In this document: piece after piece, positions 8,283 through 16,338 of the stretch
How positions within the stretch are numbered: the first letter of the stretch is position 1
How the letters are laid out: each line of letters opens with the position of its first letter
Assembly: GCA_963789955.1 (NCBI GenBank)
Contig: CAWBMV010000005.1
Coordinates: 1 to 20,261, forward strand
DNA: 20,261 bases
Source of the DNA: an uncultured Candidatus Rokubacteria bacterium
GTDB taxonomy: Bacteria; Methylomirabilota; Methylomirabilia; Rokubacteriales; CSP1-6
Reading direction: 5' to 3'
The notes under the pieces: generated by a model
The model's input: the letters and a program-made list of their open reading frames with translations, nothing else
Told to the model about the DNA's origin: nothing
Database searches by the model: none
Translations under genes and position numbers: made by a program

Positions 8283-8989
8283 CCTCGCCTCATCTTCACG
8301 ACGAGCCCGCGCGAAACACCCCCGGTCGGCGGCTCGATCTTCACGCGATCGAGACGTCTCTGCGGCGCGTGCAGCAGGAGTTTGCGCGCATCAATCAAGC
8401 GTTGAGCCCGCCGCGCGACCCGATGAGCGACGACGCGGTGACCAACATGATGGCCGGCTACGAGCTCGTCGACGCGCTCGTCGCGGGCGGGATCGACCTG
8501 TTCGCGATGGGGAACCTCAAGTACCTGCTCGAGCTGAACACGACGGTGCTGTGCGGCACCGATCCGGCGAAGCGCGAGGAGTACGCGCGGCACCGGCAGA
8601 CCACAGAGCAGCGCTTCTACGAGGAGCGGCACGGCGGTATCCGCGATCTGGTCGAGTGGTACGAGGGACGGAGCGGCGAGTCACCGTGGATGCGGGCCGC
8701 GGGCGTGTACATCCGCCTGCTGAGCCGGCCGCAGCTCTTCGTCGAGGGCAATCACCGGACCGGGGCGCTGGCCATGAGCTACGTGCTGGTCCGCGACAAC
8801 GAGCCCCCGTTCGTGCTCACGACCGAGAATGCCGCGACGTACTTCGATCCCTCGGCGGTGATCCAGGACACCGAAAAGCAGGGACTGGTGATGCTCTTTC
8901 GCTCGCCGGGCCTCACACGGCGCCTGGCGGCATTCCTGCTCGAGCACGCCGACCGGACGTATCTGCGGCAGGGCCACCTTCCTCGATAG
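8279..8989 (+). CDS. Fido (Fic/Doc)-like protein with non-canonical motif QLFVEGNHRTG; start uncertain
   Basis: 3' part of ORF 7382..8989 has normal globular composition and codon usage. AAGVYIRLLSRP-QLFVEGNHRTGALAMSYVL (motif 8732-8764) aligns to the Fido pattern AA..h..f..IHPFxDGNGRxxR...n..L. First canonical in-frame starts are GTG 8369 and ATG 8423; 8279 is GTA preceded by GGAG. Confidence 0.78.
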   Translation, partial: VTSPHLHDEPARNTPGRRLDLHAIETSLRRVQQEFARINQALSPPRDPMSDDAVTNMMAGYELVDALVAGGIDLFAMGNLKYLLELNTTVLCGTDPAKREEYARHRQTTEQRFYEERHGGIRDLVEWYEGRSGESPWMRAAGVYIRLLSRPQLFVEGNHRTGALAMSYVLVRDNEPPFVLTTENAATYFDPSAVIQDTEKQGLVMLFRSPGLTRRLAAFLLEHADRTYLRQGHLPR

Positions 8990-9824
8990 GCGCACGACCG
9001 ATATCGGCAAGGCTCAGGCGGTGTCCGGTCGGATCGCCCGCGAGAAACGCGATCGGCTCTCCGCCGTACGTGTTCGGGTCGACCGGGAACAGTGATGCGC
9101 CGTCCTCGCCGGTGAGGACGCCGCCGGCCTCGAGAAGCACAGGGGCGGCGCCGGCAATGTCCCAGAGCGAGGCGCGATGGTCGTGCACGAACGCGAGCGC
9201 GCCGGCGGCCACGTAGCCGAGCTGCAGCGCGGTCGATCCGAATCGGCGCAGCCGATAGCGCCTGAGCCACTCGTGGACATAGCCCGGCACGTCGTCCGAG
9301 AACGGCGAGCGGATCGAGAAGAGCGAGCGAGAGCTCAGAACGATCGGCTCGACCGTGAGGCGGCGCCCGTTGAGCCATGCCCCATGGCCGACGCACGCCG
9401 TGAAGAGCTGGCTCGAGACCGGATCGTACACGGCACCCGCGTACGGCATCCCATCGCGCAAGACGCCGACCGAGATCGCGAAGCCCGGAATGCCCCGCCC
9501 GAAGTTGTTGGTGCCGTCGACGGGATCGATGACCCAGACGAAGGGAGCCCCCGGCCGGAGCCTCTGCCTGGTCAGCCCCTCCTCGCCCAGGATCCCGTCG
9601 TCTGGAAACGCCGCGGCGATCTCGTCCTCGAGCCAGGACTGGATCGCGACGTCCGCCTCGGTGACCATCGAGTCGTCCGCCTTCCAGGACACCTCGGCGC
9701 GCTCGAAATAGTCGAGCGCGATCTTCCCGGCGAGCCGCGCGACCTCGGATGCCGCCGCGGCTCGCCGATCGCCACCGACCGGGGTCTCCCGCTTCACCGG
9801 CTGGTCGAGAAACTCGGCGGCCAT
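8913..9824 (-). CDS. Inositol monophosphatase (FIG superfamily) phosphatase
   Basis: 303 aa; VTEAD, GEE, WVIDPVDGTNNF, GSTAL, WDIAGA metal-binding motifs intact. Starts 12 nt after the phnM stop. Confidence 0.92.
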   Translation of the reverse strand: MAAEFLDQPVKRETPVGGDRRAAAASEVARLAGKIALDYFERAEVSWKADDSMVTEADVAIQSWLEDEIAAAFPDDGILGEEGLTRQRLRPGAPFVWVIDPVDGTNNFGRGIPGFAISVGVLRDGMPYAGAVYDPVSSQLFTACVGHGAWLNGRRLTVEPIVLSSRSLFSIRSPFSDDVPGYVHEWLRRYRLRRFGSTALQLGYVAAGALAFVHDHRASLWDIAGAAPVLLEAGGVLTGEDGASLFPVDPNTYGGEPIAFLAGDPTGHRLSLADIGRAPIEEGGPAADTSGRRARAGMPPGAV

Positions 9825-9836
9825 CGTCCTCGGGCC

Positions 9837-10976
9837 TCAGGCGACTCGGAGTCCGTCGCGCCAGACGGCGACGACAAGCGGAATGTCGTCGACCACCCGC
9901 ACGCGCAGGAGGTCGGCGCACCGGCCGGGCGCGATCTCTCCGCGATCGTCGAGCCCGACCCGCTCGGCCGGTGTCGAGGTCACGCAGGCGATCGCGTCGG
10001 GCAAGGTCCACTCGTGCCGCTGATGGAGCAGGAACGCACCGTGGAGGGCGCTTGCCGGCACGTAGTCCGACGACAGGATGTCGAGCAGGCCCGCCGTGGC
10101 CAGGTCGCCCACCGAGACATTGCCGGAGTGGGACCGCCCCATCACGAGGTTGGGAGCGCCGGCGATGACGGCAAGCCCGTAGGCCCTCGCCGCGCGCGCG
10201 GCCTCGAGGGTCGTCGGAAACTCCGCGACGACCATGCCGGCCTTCACCGCCTCCTCGACGTGCGCGGTCGTCGCGTCGTCGTGGCTGGCGAGCGGCACGC
10301 GGCCCGACTCGCAGAGGCGCAGGAGCGCGGCGCGATGCGCGTCGCCGTACCTCGCCCGGTCGGCGATCCGCTTCTCGATCAGCGCGTCGATCTCGGCATC
10401 GCTCAACCCGTACTTGCCCTGGTTGTACTCGCGATACTTCGCGACGTTGGTGAACTGACGCTGGCCGGGCGAGTGGTCCATCAGCGACACGAGACGGACG
10501 AGCGGGTTGCCGGCGTGCGGCGCGAAGTCGGTCACGACGTGCTCGGTCGAGACCTCGCACCGCAGATGCAGCAGGTGGTCGGCCTTCAGCAGGCCGGCCC
10601 GTCGCGCCCGCTCGATCGCGGCGATGAGCGGGAGGGGATTGCGGGCGCGCTGGCCGCCGTCGTAGACGTACCCGATCGCGAGACTGTCGAGCACGGTGGT
10701 GATGCCGGCGGCGATGAGCTGCCCGTCGTGCGCGACGACCGCCGCGACCTCCGGCCAGCGGGCGCTGGGACGCGGAAACGCGTGCTTCTCGAGGACGTCG
10801 GTGTGCAGCTCGACGATACCGGGGATCAGGTAGTCGCCCTCGAGATCGATGGCTCCGAGCGCGACTGCGCGCATCGCGTCGACGTCCACGACGCGTCCGG
10901 CGACGACGTGAACGGCGCCGTGGACGATCTCGTCGCGCATGACCACGCGCGCGTTGGCGAGGACCAGCTCGCTCAC
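9837..10976 (-). CDS. phnM: Alpha-D-ribose 1-methylphosphonate 5-triphosphate diphosphatase PhnM
   Basis: GTG 10976 in GTGA overlap with phnL; 379 aa. PGIVELHTD, HLRCE, MDHSPGQRQF, ASHDD, AEFP, GAPN, SHSGNVS, LSSDYVP. Confidence 0.96.
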   Translation of the reverse strand: MSELVLANARVVMRDEIVHGAVHVVAGRVVDVDAMRAVALGAIDLEGDYLIPGIVELHTDVLEKHAFPRPSARWPEVAAVVAHDGQLIAAGITTVLDSLAIGYVYDGGQRARNPLPLIAAIERARRAGLLKADHLLHLRCEVSTEHVVTDFAPHAGNPLVRLVSLMDHSPGQRQFTNVAKYREYNQGKYGLSDAEIDALIEKRIADRARYGDAHRAALLRLCESGRVPLASHDDATTAHVEEAVKAGMVVAEFPTTLEAARAARAYGLAVIAGAPNLVMGRSHSGNVSVGDLATAGLLDILSSDYVPASALHGAFLLHQRHEWTLPDAIACVTSTPAERVGLDDRGEIAPGRCADLLRVRVVDDIPLVVAVWRDGLRVA

Positions 10977-11686
10977 GCCGCGGCTCCGGCGCCGTGCAGG
11001 GTCACGGTCCGCGTCGCCACCGCCTCGCGCACCTCCGCGTCGTGGAAGGCGCCCACGATCGCGGTGCGCCGCGCCAGCGCGTCGCGAATCAGCTCGACGA
11101 CGAGGGCCCGGCTCGCGACGTCGAGCGACGCCGTCGGCTCGTCGAGCAGGAGAATCGGAAAGTCGGCGACGAATCCGCGCGCCAGGTTCACGCGCTGCTG
11201 CTCGCCGCCGGAGAAGGTCCCCGGCGACAGGCTCCACAGCCGCTCGGGAATCCGGAGCCGCGCCAGGAGCGCCCGGCCGCGCTCGAGCGCCTCGCCCCGC
11301 GCCACGCCGAACGCCCGGAGGGGCTCGATGACGACGTCGAGCGTCGGGACGCGCGGGATCACGCGGAGAAACTGGCTGACATAGCCGATCGTCAGCCGGC
11401 GTACGGCCAGGAGGTCGCGGGGCCCCGCCTCGACCATGTCGACCTCGCCGCCGGCGTGCGCGACGAGGATGCGCCCGCGTTGCGGCCGATAGTTCGCGTA
11501 GATCGCCCGCAGCAATGTCGATTTCCCCGACCCGGACGGGTCGGTCAGCGCCACGCACTCGCCCGGGTACACCGCCAGGTCCACGCCGCGCAGCACGGGA
11601 AGCTGAATCCCACCCTGCGTGTGGAGCGTGAACGTCTTCTGGAGCCCCTCGACGAGGAGCACCGCTCCGTCCTTGTCGGTGCTCAT
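10973..11686 (-). CDS. phnL: C-P lyase ABC-type ATPase PhnL
   Basis: 237 aa; KTFTLHTQGG, YVSQFLRVIPRVP, FSGGEQQRVN, LLDEPTASLD. Walker A reads DPSGSGKST. Confidence 0.96.
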   Translation of the reverse strand: MSTDKDGAVLLVEGLQKTFTLHTQGGIQLPVLRGVDLAVYPGECVALTDPSGSGKSTLLRAIYANYRPQRGRILVAHAGGEVDMVEAGPRDLLAVRRLTIGYVSQFLRVIPRVPTLDVVIEPLRAFGVARGEALERGRALLARLRIPERLWSLSPGTFSGGEQQRVNLARGFVADFPILLLDEPTASLDVASRALVVELIRDALARRTAIVGAFHDAEVREAVATRTVTLHGAGAAA

Positions 11687-12462
11687 GGCTGCAGCACCGA
11701 GGACACGAGAAGCTGGGTATATGGATGCTGGGGATCGTCGAGGACCTGGTCGGTCAGCCCCGACTCGACCACCTCACCGCCGCGCATCACCAGCAGCCGG
11801 TGCGCCAGCAGCCGGGCGACGGCGAGATCGTGGGTCACGATCACGGCGGACAGGCCCAGATCGGTGACGAGCCGCCGCAAGAGGTCGAGCAAGCGCGCCT
11901 GGACCGACACGTCGAGGCCGCCGGTGGGCTCGTCCATGAAGACCAGCCGCGGCTCGGTCACGAGCGTCCGGGCAATCTGCAGGCGCTGCTGCATCCCGCT
12001 CGAGAAGGTCTCGGGCCAGTCGTCGATCCGCTCGCGGTCGATCTCGACCCGGCCGAGCCAGTCGAACGCCGCGTCGCGGATCCGTCCGTAGTGTCTGGCG
12101 CCGAGCGCCATGAGGCGCTCGCCGACGTTGGCGCCGGCGCTCACGCCCAGGCGCAGGCCGTCGCGCGGGTTCTGATGGACGATGCCCCAGTCGGTGCGGG
12201 CGAGCTTGCGAAGCGCGGGCTCCGGCATCCGCAGCACGTCGACGACCGTCCCGTCGCGCCCGGTGAACTCGACGGCGCCGGCTGAGGGCTCGAGTCGCCC
12301 GGACAGGCACCCGAGCAATGTCGTCTTGCCGGAGCCGGACTCGCCGACGATGCCGAGCACCTCGCCGGGCCAGAGGTCGAGGCCGACGTCGCGGCAACCG
12401 ACGCGGGCTCCGTAGTATCGCGTGACCCCGCGCGCGCGCAGCAGCGGGCGGTCAGCGTCCAC
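11683..12462 (-). CDS. phnK: C-P lyase ABC-type ATPase PhnK
   Basis: 259 aa; GESGSGKTT, RTDWGIVHQNPRDGL, GMQQRLQIAR, DEPTGGLDVSVQA, DDPQHPYTQLLV. Confidence 0.97.
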   Translation of the reverse strand: MDADRPLLRARGVTRYYGARVGCRDVGLDLWPGEVLGIVGESGSGKTTLLGCLSGRLEPSAGAVEFTGRDGTVVDVLRMPEPALRKLARTDWGIVHQNPRDGLRLGVSAGANVGERLMALGARHYGRIRDAAFDWLGRVEIDRERIDDWPETFSSGMQQRLQIARTLVTEPRLVFMDEPTGGLDVSVQARLLDLLRRLVTDLGLSAVIVTHDLAVARLLAHRLLVMRGGEVVESGLTDQVLDDPQHPYTQLLVSSVLQP

Positions 12463-13279
12463 GACGGCGCTCGCAGAAATCGGTGTCGGAGCAGACGAAC
12501 ATCCGCCCGCCCTTGTCGTCGACGACGATCTCGTCCATGAAGACGTCCGCCGCTCCGCAGAGCGCGCACGTCTGATCCCAGTGCTCGATCGTGAACGGGT
12601 GGTCCTCGAAGTCGAGGCTCCGCACCGAGGTGAAAGGCGGCACAGCGTAGATGCGCTTCTCGCGGCCGGCGCCGAACAGCAGGAGCGCGGGATTGCGGTC
12701 GAGCTTGGGATTGTCGAATTTCGGGATTGGCGAAGGCCGCATGATGTAGCGGCCGTTGACGAGCACCGGATAGTCGTACGCGGTCTCGACGTGACCGTGG
12801 CGCGTGATGTCCTCGTAGAGTCGCACGTGCATGACGCCGTACTCCTCGAGCGCGTGCATCTTGCGGGTCTCGGTCTCGCGCGGTTCGAGCCAGCGCAGCG
12901 GCTCGGGGATCGGCACCTGGAACACGACGATCTGACCCTCGGCGAGCGGTGTCTCGGGAATGCGGTGGCGCGTCTGGATCAGGGTCGCGGCATCGGTCCG
13001 CGTCGTCGTGCGCACGCCGGTCGTCCGCTCGAAGAATCGGCGAATGCTGACGGCGTTGGTGGTGTCGTCCGCCCCCTGGTCGATCACCTTGAGCACGTCG
13101 TCGGGGCCGATCACGCTCGCGGTGACCTGCACGCCGCCGGTTCCCCACCCGTACGAGAGCGGCATCTCGCGGCTGCCGAACGGCACCTGGTAACCGGGGA
13201 TCGCCACCGCCTTCAAGATGGCTCGGCGGATCATCCGCTTCGTCTGCTCGTCGAGGAACGCGAAGTTGTAGGCACTCAT
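12452..13279 (-). CDS. phnJ: C-P lyase catalytic radical-SAM subunit PhnJ
   Basis: ATG 13279 (ATGA overlap with phnI), 275 aa. YNFAFLDEQTKRMIRR, YGWGTGG, IQTRHRIPE, C-terminal CX2CX21CX5C (CALC...CSDTDFC). Confidence 0.98.
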   Translation of the reverse strand: MSAYNFAFLDEQTKRMIRRAILKAVAIPGYQVPFGSREMPLSYGWGTGGVQVTASVIGPDDVLKVIDQGADDTTNAVSIRRFFERTTGVRTTTRTDAATLIQTRHRIPETPLAEGQIVVFQVPIPEPLRWLEPRETETRKMHALEEYGVMHVRLYEDITRHGHVETAYDYPVLVNGRYIMRPSPIPKFDNPKLDRNPALLLFGAGREKRIYAVPPFTSVRSLDFEDHPFTIEHWDQTCALCGAADVFMDEIVVDDKGGRMFVCSDTDFCERRRGR

Positions 13280-14406
13280 CGCGCGCGCGCCTCGGCTTCG
13301 GCGCGTAGCGTGCGGATTAGCACCAGCTCGGACTGGAAGTCCACGTGGTGCGGCAGCTTCAGGTGCTGGACGAAACCCGAGGCCTCCACGTTGTCGCCGT
13401 GGTAGAGGACGAACTCCTCGTCCTGCGCCGGCGAGGTCGGCGTTTCGCCGAGCTCGCGGCAGCGCAGCGCCCGGTCCACGAGCGCCATCGTCATCGCCTT
13501 GCGCTCGCCGTGGCCGAACACGAGCCCGTAGCCGCGCGTGAACTGTGGCGGCGCCGTCGCCGAGCCCTTGAACTGGTTCACCATCTGGCACTCGGTCACC
13601 GTGATCTCGCCGATCGTGATCGGGAACCCGAGCTCTTCCGGCACGAGCTCGATCTCGACCTCACCGACGCGGATCTCGCCGGCGAAGGGATGGTTCCGGC
13701 CGTAGCCCCGCTGCGTGGCGTAGCCGAGCGCCAGCACGAACCCTTCGTCCGCCCGCGCCAGGCTCTGCAGCCTGACATCGCGGCCGGCCGGAAAGTCGAC
13801 CGGCTCGCGGGTCAGATCGCCGACGGCGCGACGGTCCGAGTCGGGCTCTTCCGGCTCGATGAGGCCGTCGCGGTCGAGAATGTCGATGACGCGCGGCATC
13901 CGCCCTCCGAGGGCGGCAAGGTCGCCGCCTGGGGCGGCAAGATCTCCGGCTACATGGCCGGCATCAGGATCGGCGTCGCCTGGCAGGGCGGCGCCGTGTC
14001 CGTCGACCAGACGGAAATCGAGAAGCCGGTGCGTGTAGTCGAACGTCGCGCCGAGAATCTGGCCGCCCGGAACGTCCTTGAACGTCGCCGACACGCGCCG
14101 GCGGATCGCCATGCCGTCCGTGTCGATCGGCTGGGTCGCGCCGAACCGCGGCAGAGTCGTCCGGTAGGCGCGCGCCAGGAAGATCGCCTCGATCAGATCG
14201 CCGCGCGCCTGCTTGATGGCCAGCGCGGCGAGCTCGCGATCGTAGAGCGAGCCCTCGATCATGACGCGGTCGACCGCGAGGCCGAGCTGCTGGTCGATCT
14301 GGGTCAGGCTGAGCTCCGGCACCGACGGATCGCCGCGGCGCTCTTCGGCCAGGAGCCGGTGGGCGTTGGCGATCGCGCGCTCGCCGCCTTTGACGGCCAC
14401 GTACAC
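13276..14406 (-). CDS. phnI: C-P lyase subunit PhnI
   Basis: 376 aa; MYVAVKGGERAI, FDYTHRLLDF, HPFAGEIR, GFVQHLKLPHHVDFQSEL. Confidence 0.98.
   Translation of the reverse strand: MYVAVKGGERAIANAHRLLAEERRGDPSVPELSLTQIDQQLGLAVDRVMIEGSLYDRELAALAIKQARGDLIEAIFLARAYRTTLPRFGATQPIDTDGMAIRRRVSATFKDVPGGQILGATFDYTHRLLDFRLVDGHGAALPGDADPDAGHVAGDLAAPGGDLAALGGRMPRVIDILDRDGLIEPEEPDSDRRAVGDLTREPVDFPAGRDVRLQSLARADEGFVLALGYATQRGYGRNHPFAGEIRVGEVEIELVPEELGFPITIGEITVTECQMVNQFKGSATAPPQFTRGYGLVFGHGERKAMTMALVDRALRCRELGETPTSPAQDEEFVLYHGDNVEASGFVQHLKLPHHVDFQSELVLIRTLRAEAEARAR
13911..13947. repeat. Imperfect 21-bp-period tandem duplication inside phnI
   Basis: GGGCGGCAAGGTCGCC (13911-13926) and GGGCGGCAAGATCTCC (13932-13947); encodes GDLAAPG-GDLAALG. 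Confidence 0.7.
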
Positions 14407-14409
14407 GGC

Positions 14410-14988
14410 TCAGGCCCCCACGCGCGTCGTGCGCGGCAGGGCCGCGATGACCTGCCCGGCGCTCATGAGGACGTCGACACCGCGCGGGAACTGAGCGTGG
14501 TTGTCGGAGGCCCACGTCCAGAAGCTCTCGGGCACGCCGGTGACATCGAGGTGGACCTCATCCGCGATGCCCGGACCGGTCAGCCGCCGTCCCGTGCCGC
14601 CGATCAGGGCCCGGACCTGCACGATGACCGTAGCGGAACGCTCGGGATGTTCGGCGGTGCCCGTGTTGAACGCGCTCAGCGGCGGCATGCGCCCGGCATC
14701 GGCGACCAGCGCGAAGCCCGCCGCCTCGGGCTCGGTCGCGAGCGGCATGCCACAGTGAAACTTCAGCCAGTCGACGACCTCGGGCCGCGCGGCCGCGTCG
14801 TCGAGCCAGAGCGGCGTGTCGAAGTCGAGCAGGGTCAAGCACACTGCGGCGGTGACCGGATGAAGCGGCACGGGCGGCTGGATCGCGGCCGCCACGTCGA
14901 CGATCCGACCGGGCCGGGAGATGGCTTCGAGGACGCTCCGGAAGATCCGCTGGCTGTCGAGCGTCGGGTCAGCGAGCCCGGGCAGCAT
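14410..14988 (-). CDS. phnH: C-P lyase subunit PhnH
   Basis: 192 aa; SQRIFRSVLEAISRPG, LTLLDFDTPLWL, FHCG, LTGPGI, FPRGVD, ALPRTT. Confidence 0.96.
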   Translation of the reverse strand: MLPGLADPTLDSQRIFRSVLEAISRPGRIVDVAAAIQPPVPLHPVTAAVCLTLLDFDTPLWLDDAAARPEVVDWLKFHCGMPLATEPEAAGFALVADAGRMPPLSAFNTGTAEHPERSATVIVQVRALIGGTGRRLTGPGIADEVHLDVTGVPESFWTWASDNHAQFPRGVDVLMSAGQVIAALPRTTRVGA

Positions 14989-14990
14989 CG

Positions 14991-15437
14991 TCAGTCGTCT
15001 CCGCGCACCAGGGTGAAGAATTCGACGCGTGACTGCGCCACGCGCTCCGCAGCCGCCCGCCGCCGGGCGGTCTGGGCCGCGGCGAGTGGTGCAACGACCG
15101 AGTGCTCGAGGTCTTCGCGGCGCGCCGAATCCTGAAGTAATGCGTCCAGCACCGCCGCCAGCTCGGCGTGACGCCGATCGCGCCCGCGGATGTACGCCAC
15201 GCCGACGGCGCCGCCCTCGAGCTCGACGGCGCAGCGAGTCACCGTCATCTCGCCCACGTTGAAGCGCGCGCCCGTACCGCCCGCGCGGCCCCGGACCATC
15301 ACGAGGCCGGTCTCGGGTGGCCTCAGCATGCGATGCGGCGGCGGCGCCGTGACGTCGCGCCAGCGGCCTTCGAGCTCGTCCGGCGAGGCCTGAGCCAGGA
15401 CCGCCATCCAGCGACGCCGAGCGTCGGTCGGACTCAT
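14991..15437 (-). CDS. phnG: C-P lyase subunit PhnG
   Basis: ATG 15437 (TAATG overlap with phnD), 148 aa. RRRWMAVLA, PETGLVMVRGRAGGTG, FNVGEMTVTRC, VEFFTLVRG. Confidence 0.96.
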   Translation of the reverse strand: MSPTDARRRWMAVLAQASPDELEGRWRDVTAPPPHRMLRPPETGLVMVRGRAGGTGARFNVGEMTVTRCAVELEGGAVGVAYIRGRDRRHAELAAVLDALLQDSARREDLEHSVVAPLAAAQTARRRAAAERVAQSRVEFFTLVRGDD

Positions 15438-16327
15438 TACTTCTGCGCGGCCAGCTTCTTGGCGGTCTCGTTCAGATCGCGGATCACCTGGTACTTGCCG
15501 TCGTCGGCCACGACGAAGCCGCCGAGCCACGCGCCGATCTCCTTGAACGCTTCCGGGTTGCGCGCGCGCATCGTCGTCAGCGACTCCTGAATCGCCGACT
15601 TGAAGCTCGCCGGCAGGTCCTTGCGGACGACGATCGGATCGTTCGGGATCAGCTTCGAGACCCAGATCACCCGCAGGGCGCCCCGTGGCACCTTGTTCTC
15701 CCGCGTGAGCTGTTGCAGATCGGGCAGGTTGGTCGAGGCGATCTCGACCTTCTTCGCGGACACCGCCAGGATCGACGCCTCGTGCGAGCCGGAGAACGTG
15801 ACCTTCGAGAAGTGCTTCTTGGGATCGACGCCGAGCTCCATCATGAAGAACGCCGACGGCACCAGATAGCCGGAGGTCGAGTTCGGATCGTTGAAGGCGA
15901 AGGTCTTCCCGGCCATGTCCTCGGGGCTGAAGATGTCGGAGTCGGCATGCACGATCAGGCACGAGCGATAGCCGAGCGAGCCGTTCGCGAGCTGGAGCTG
16001 AGCGATCGGCTCGACGTTCGCGTAGTTGTTGTTCGAGGCTTCGACGTACGCCTTGGGTCCGAGGTGGCCGATCTCCGCCTTCTTGAACTTCAGCGCCTCG
16101 ATGGTGCCGCGATAATCCGTCGCGGTCACCGCCTTCACCTTGACACCGAGATCCTTCTCGAGCTGGGCCAGGATCGGCGTCCACCGGCGCGTGATCTCGG
16201 CGGCGTTCTCGGTGGACAAGAGGCCGAACGTGACCTCTTTGGGCCAGCTCGGATCGGTGGCGCCGGCGGCGCCGACCATCGCGAGCACCGTGAGCATCGC
16301 CGCGAGCACGATTCGGAATAGGCGCAT
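15437..16327 (-). CDS. phnD: Phosphonate ABC transporter substrate-binding protein PhnD
   Basis: ATG 16327 after GGAGG. Signal peptide MRLFRIVLAAMLTVLAMVGAAGA. Motifs DPNSTSG, SGSHE, IPNDP. Confidence 0.93.
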   Translation of the reverse strand: MRLFRIVLAAMLTVLAMVGAAGATDPSWPKEVTFGLLSTENAAEITRRWTPILAQLEKDLGVKVKAVTATDYRGTIEALKFKKAEIGHLGPKAYVEASNNNYANVEPIAQLQLANGSLGYRSCLIVHADSDIFSPEDMAGKTFAFNDPNSTSGYLVPSAFFMMELGVDPKKHFSKVTFSGSHEASILAVSAKKVEIASTNLPDLQQLTRENKVPRGALRVIWVSKLIPNDPIVVRKDLPASFKSAIQESLTTMRARNPEAFKEIGAWLGGFVVADDGKYQVIRDLNETAKKLAAQK

Positions 16328-16338
16328 GTATGACCTCC

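Noticed and set aside
8279..8989. Classical Phd-Doc or FicTA toxin-antitoxin module
   Set aside because: There is no small upstream antitoxin gene and the catalytic His is absent; kept instead as an atypical Fido finding.
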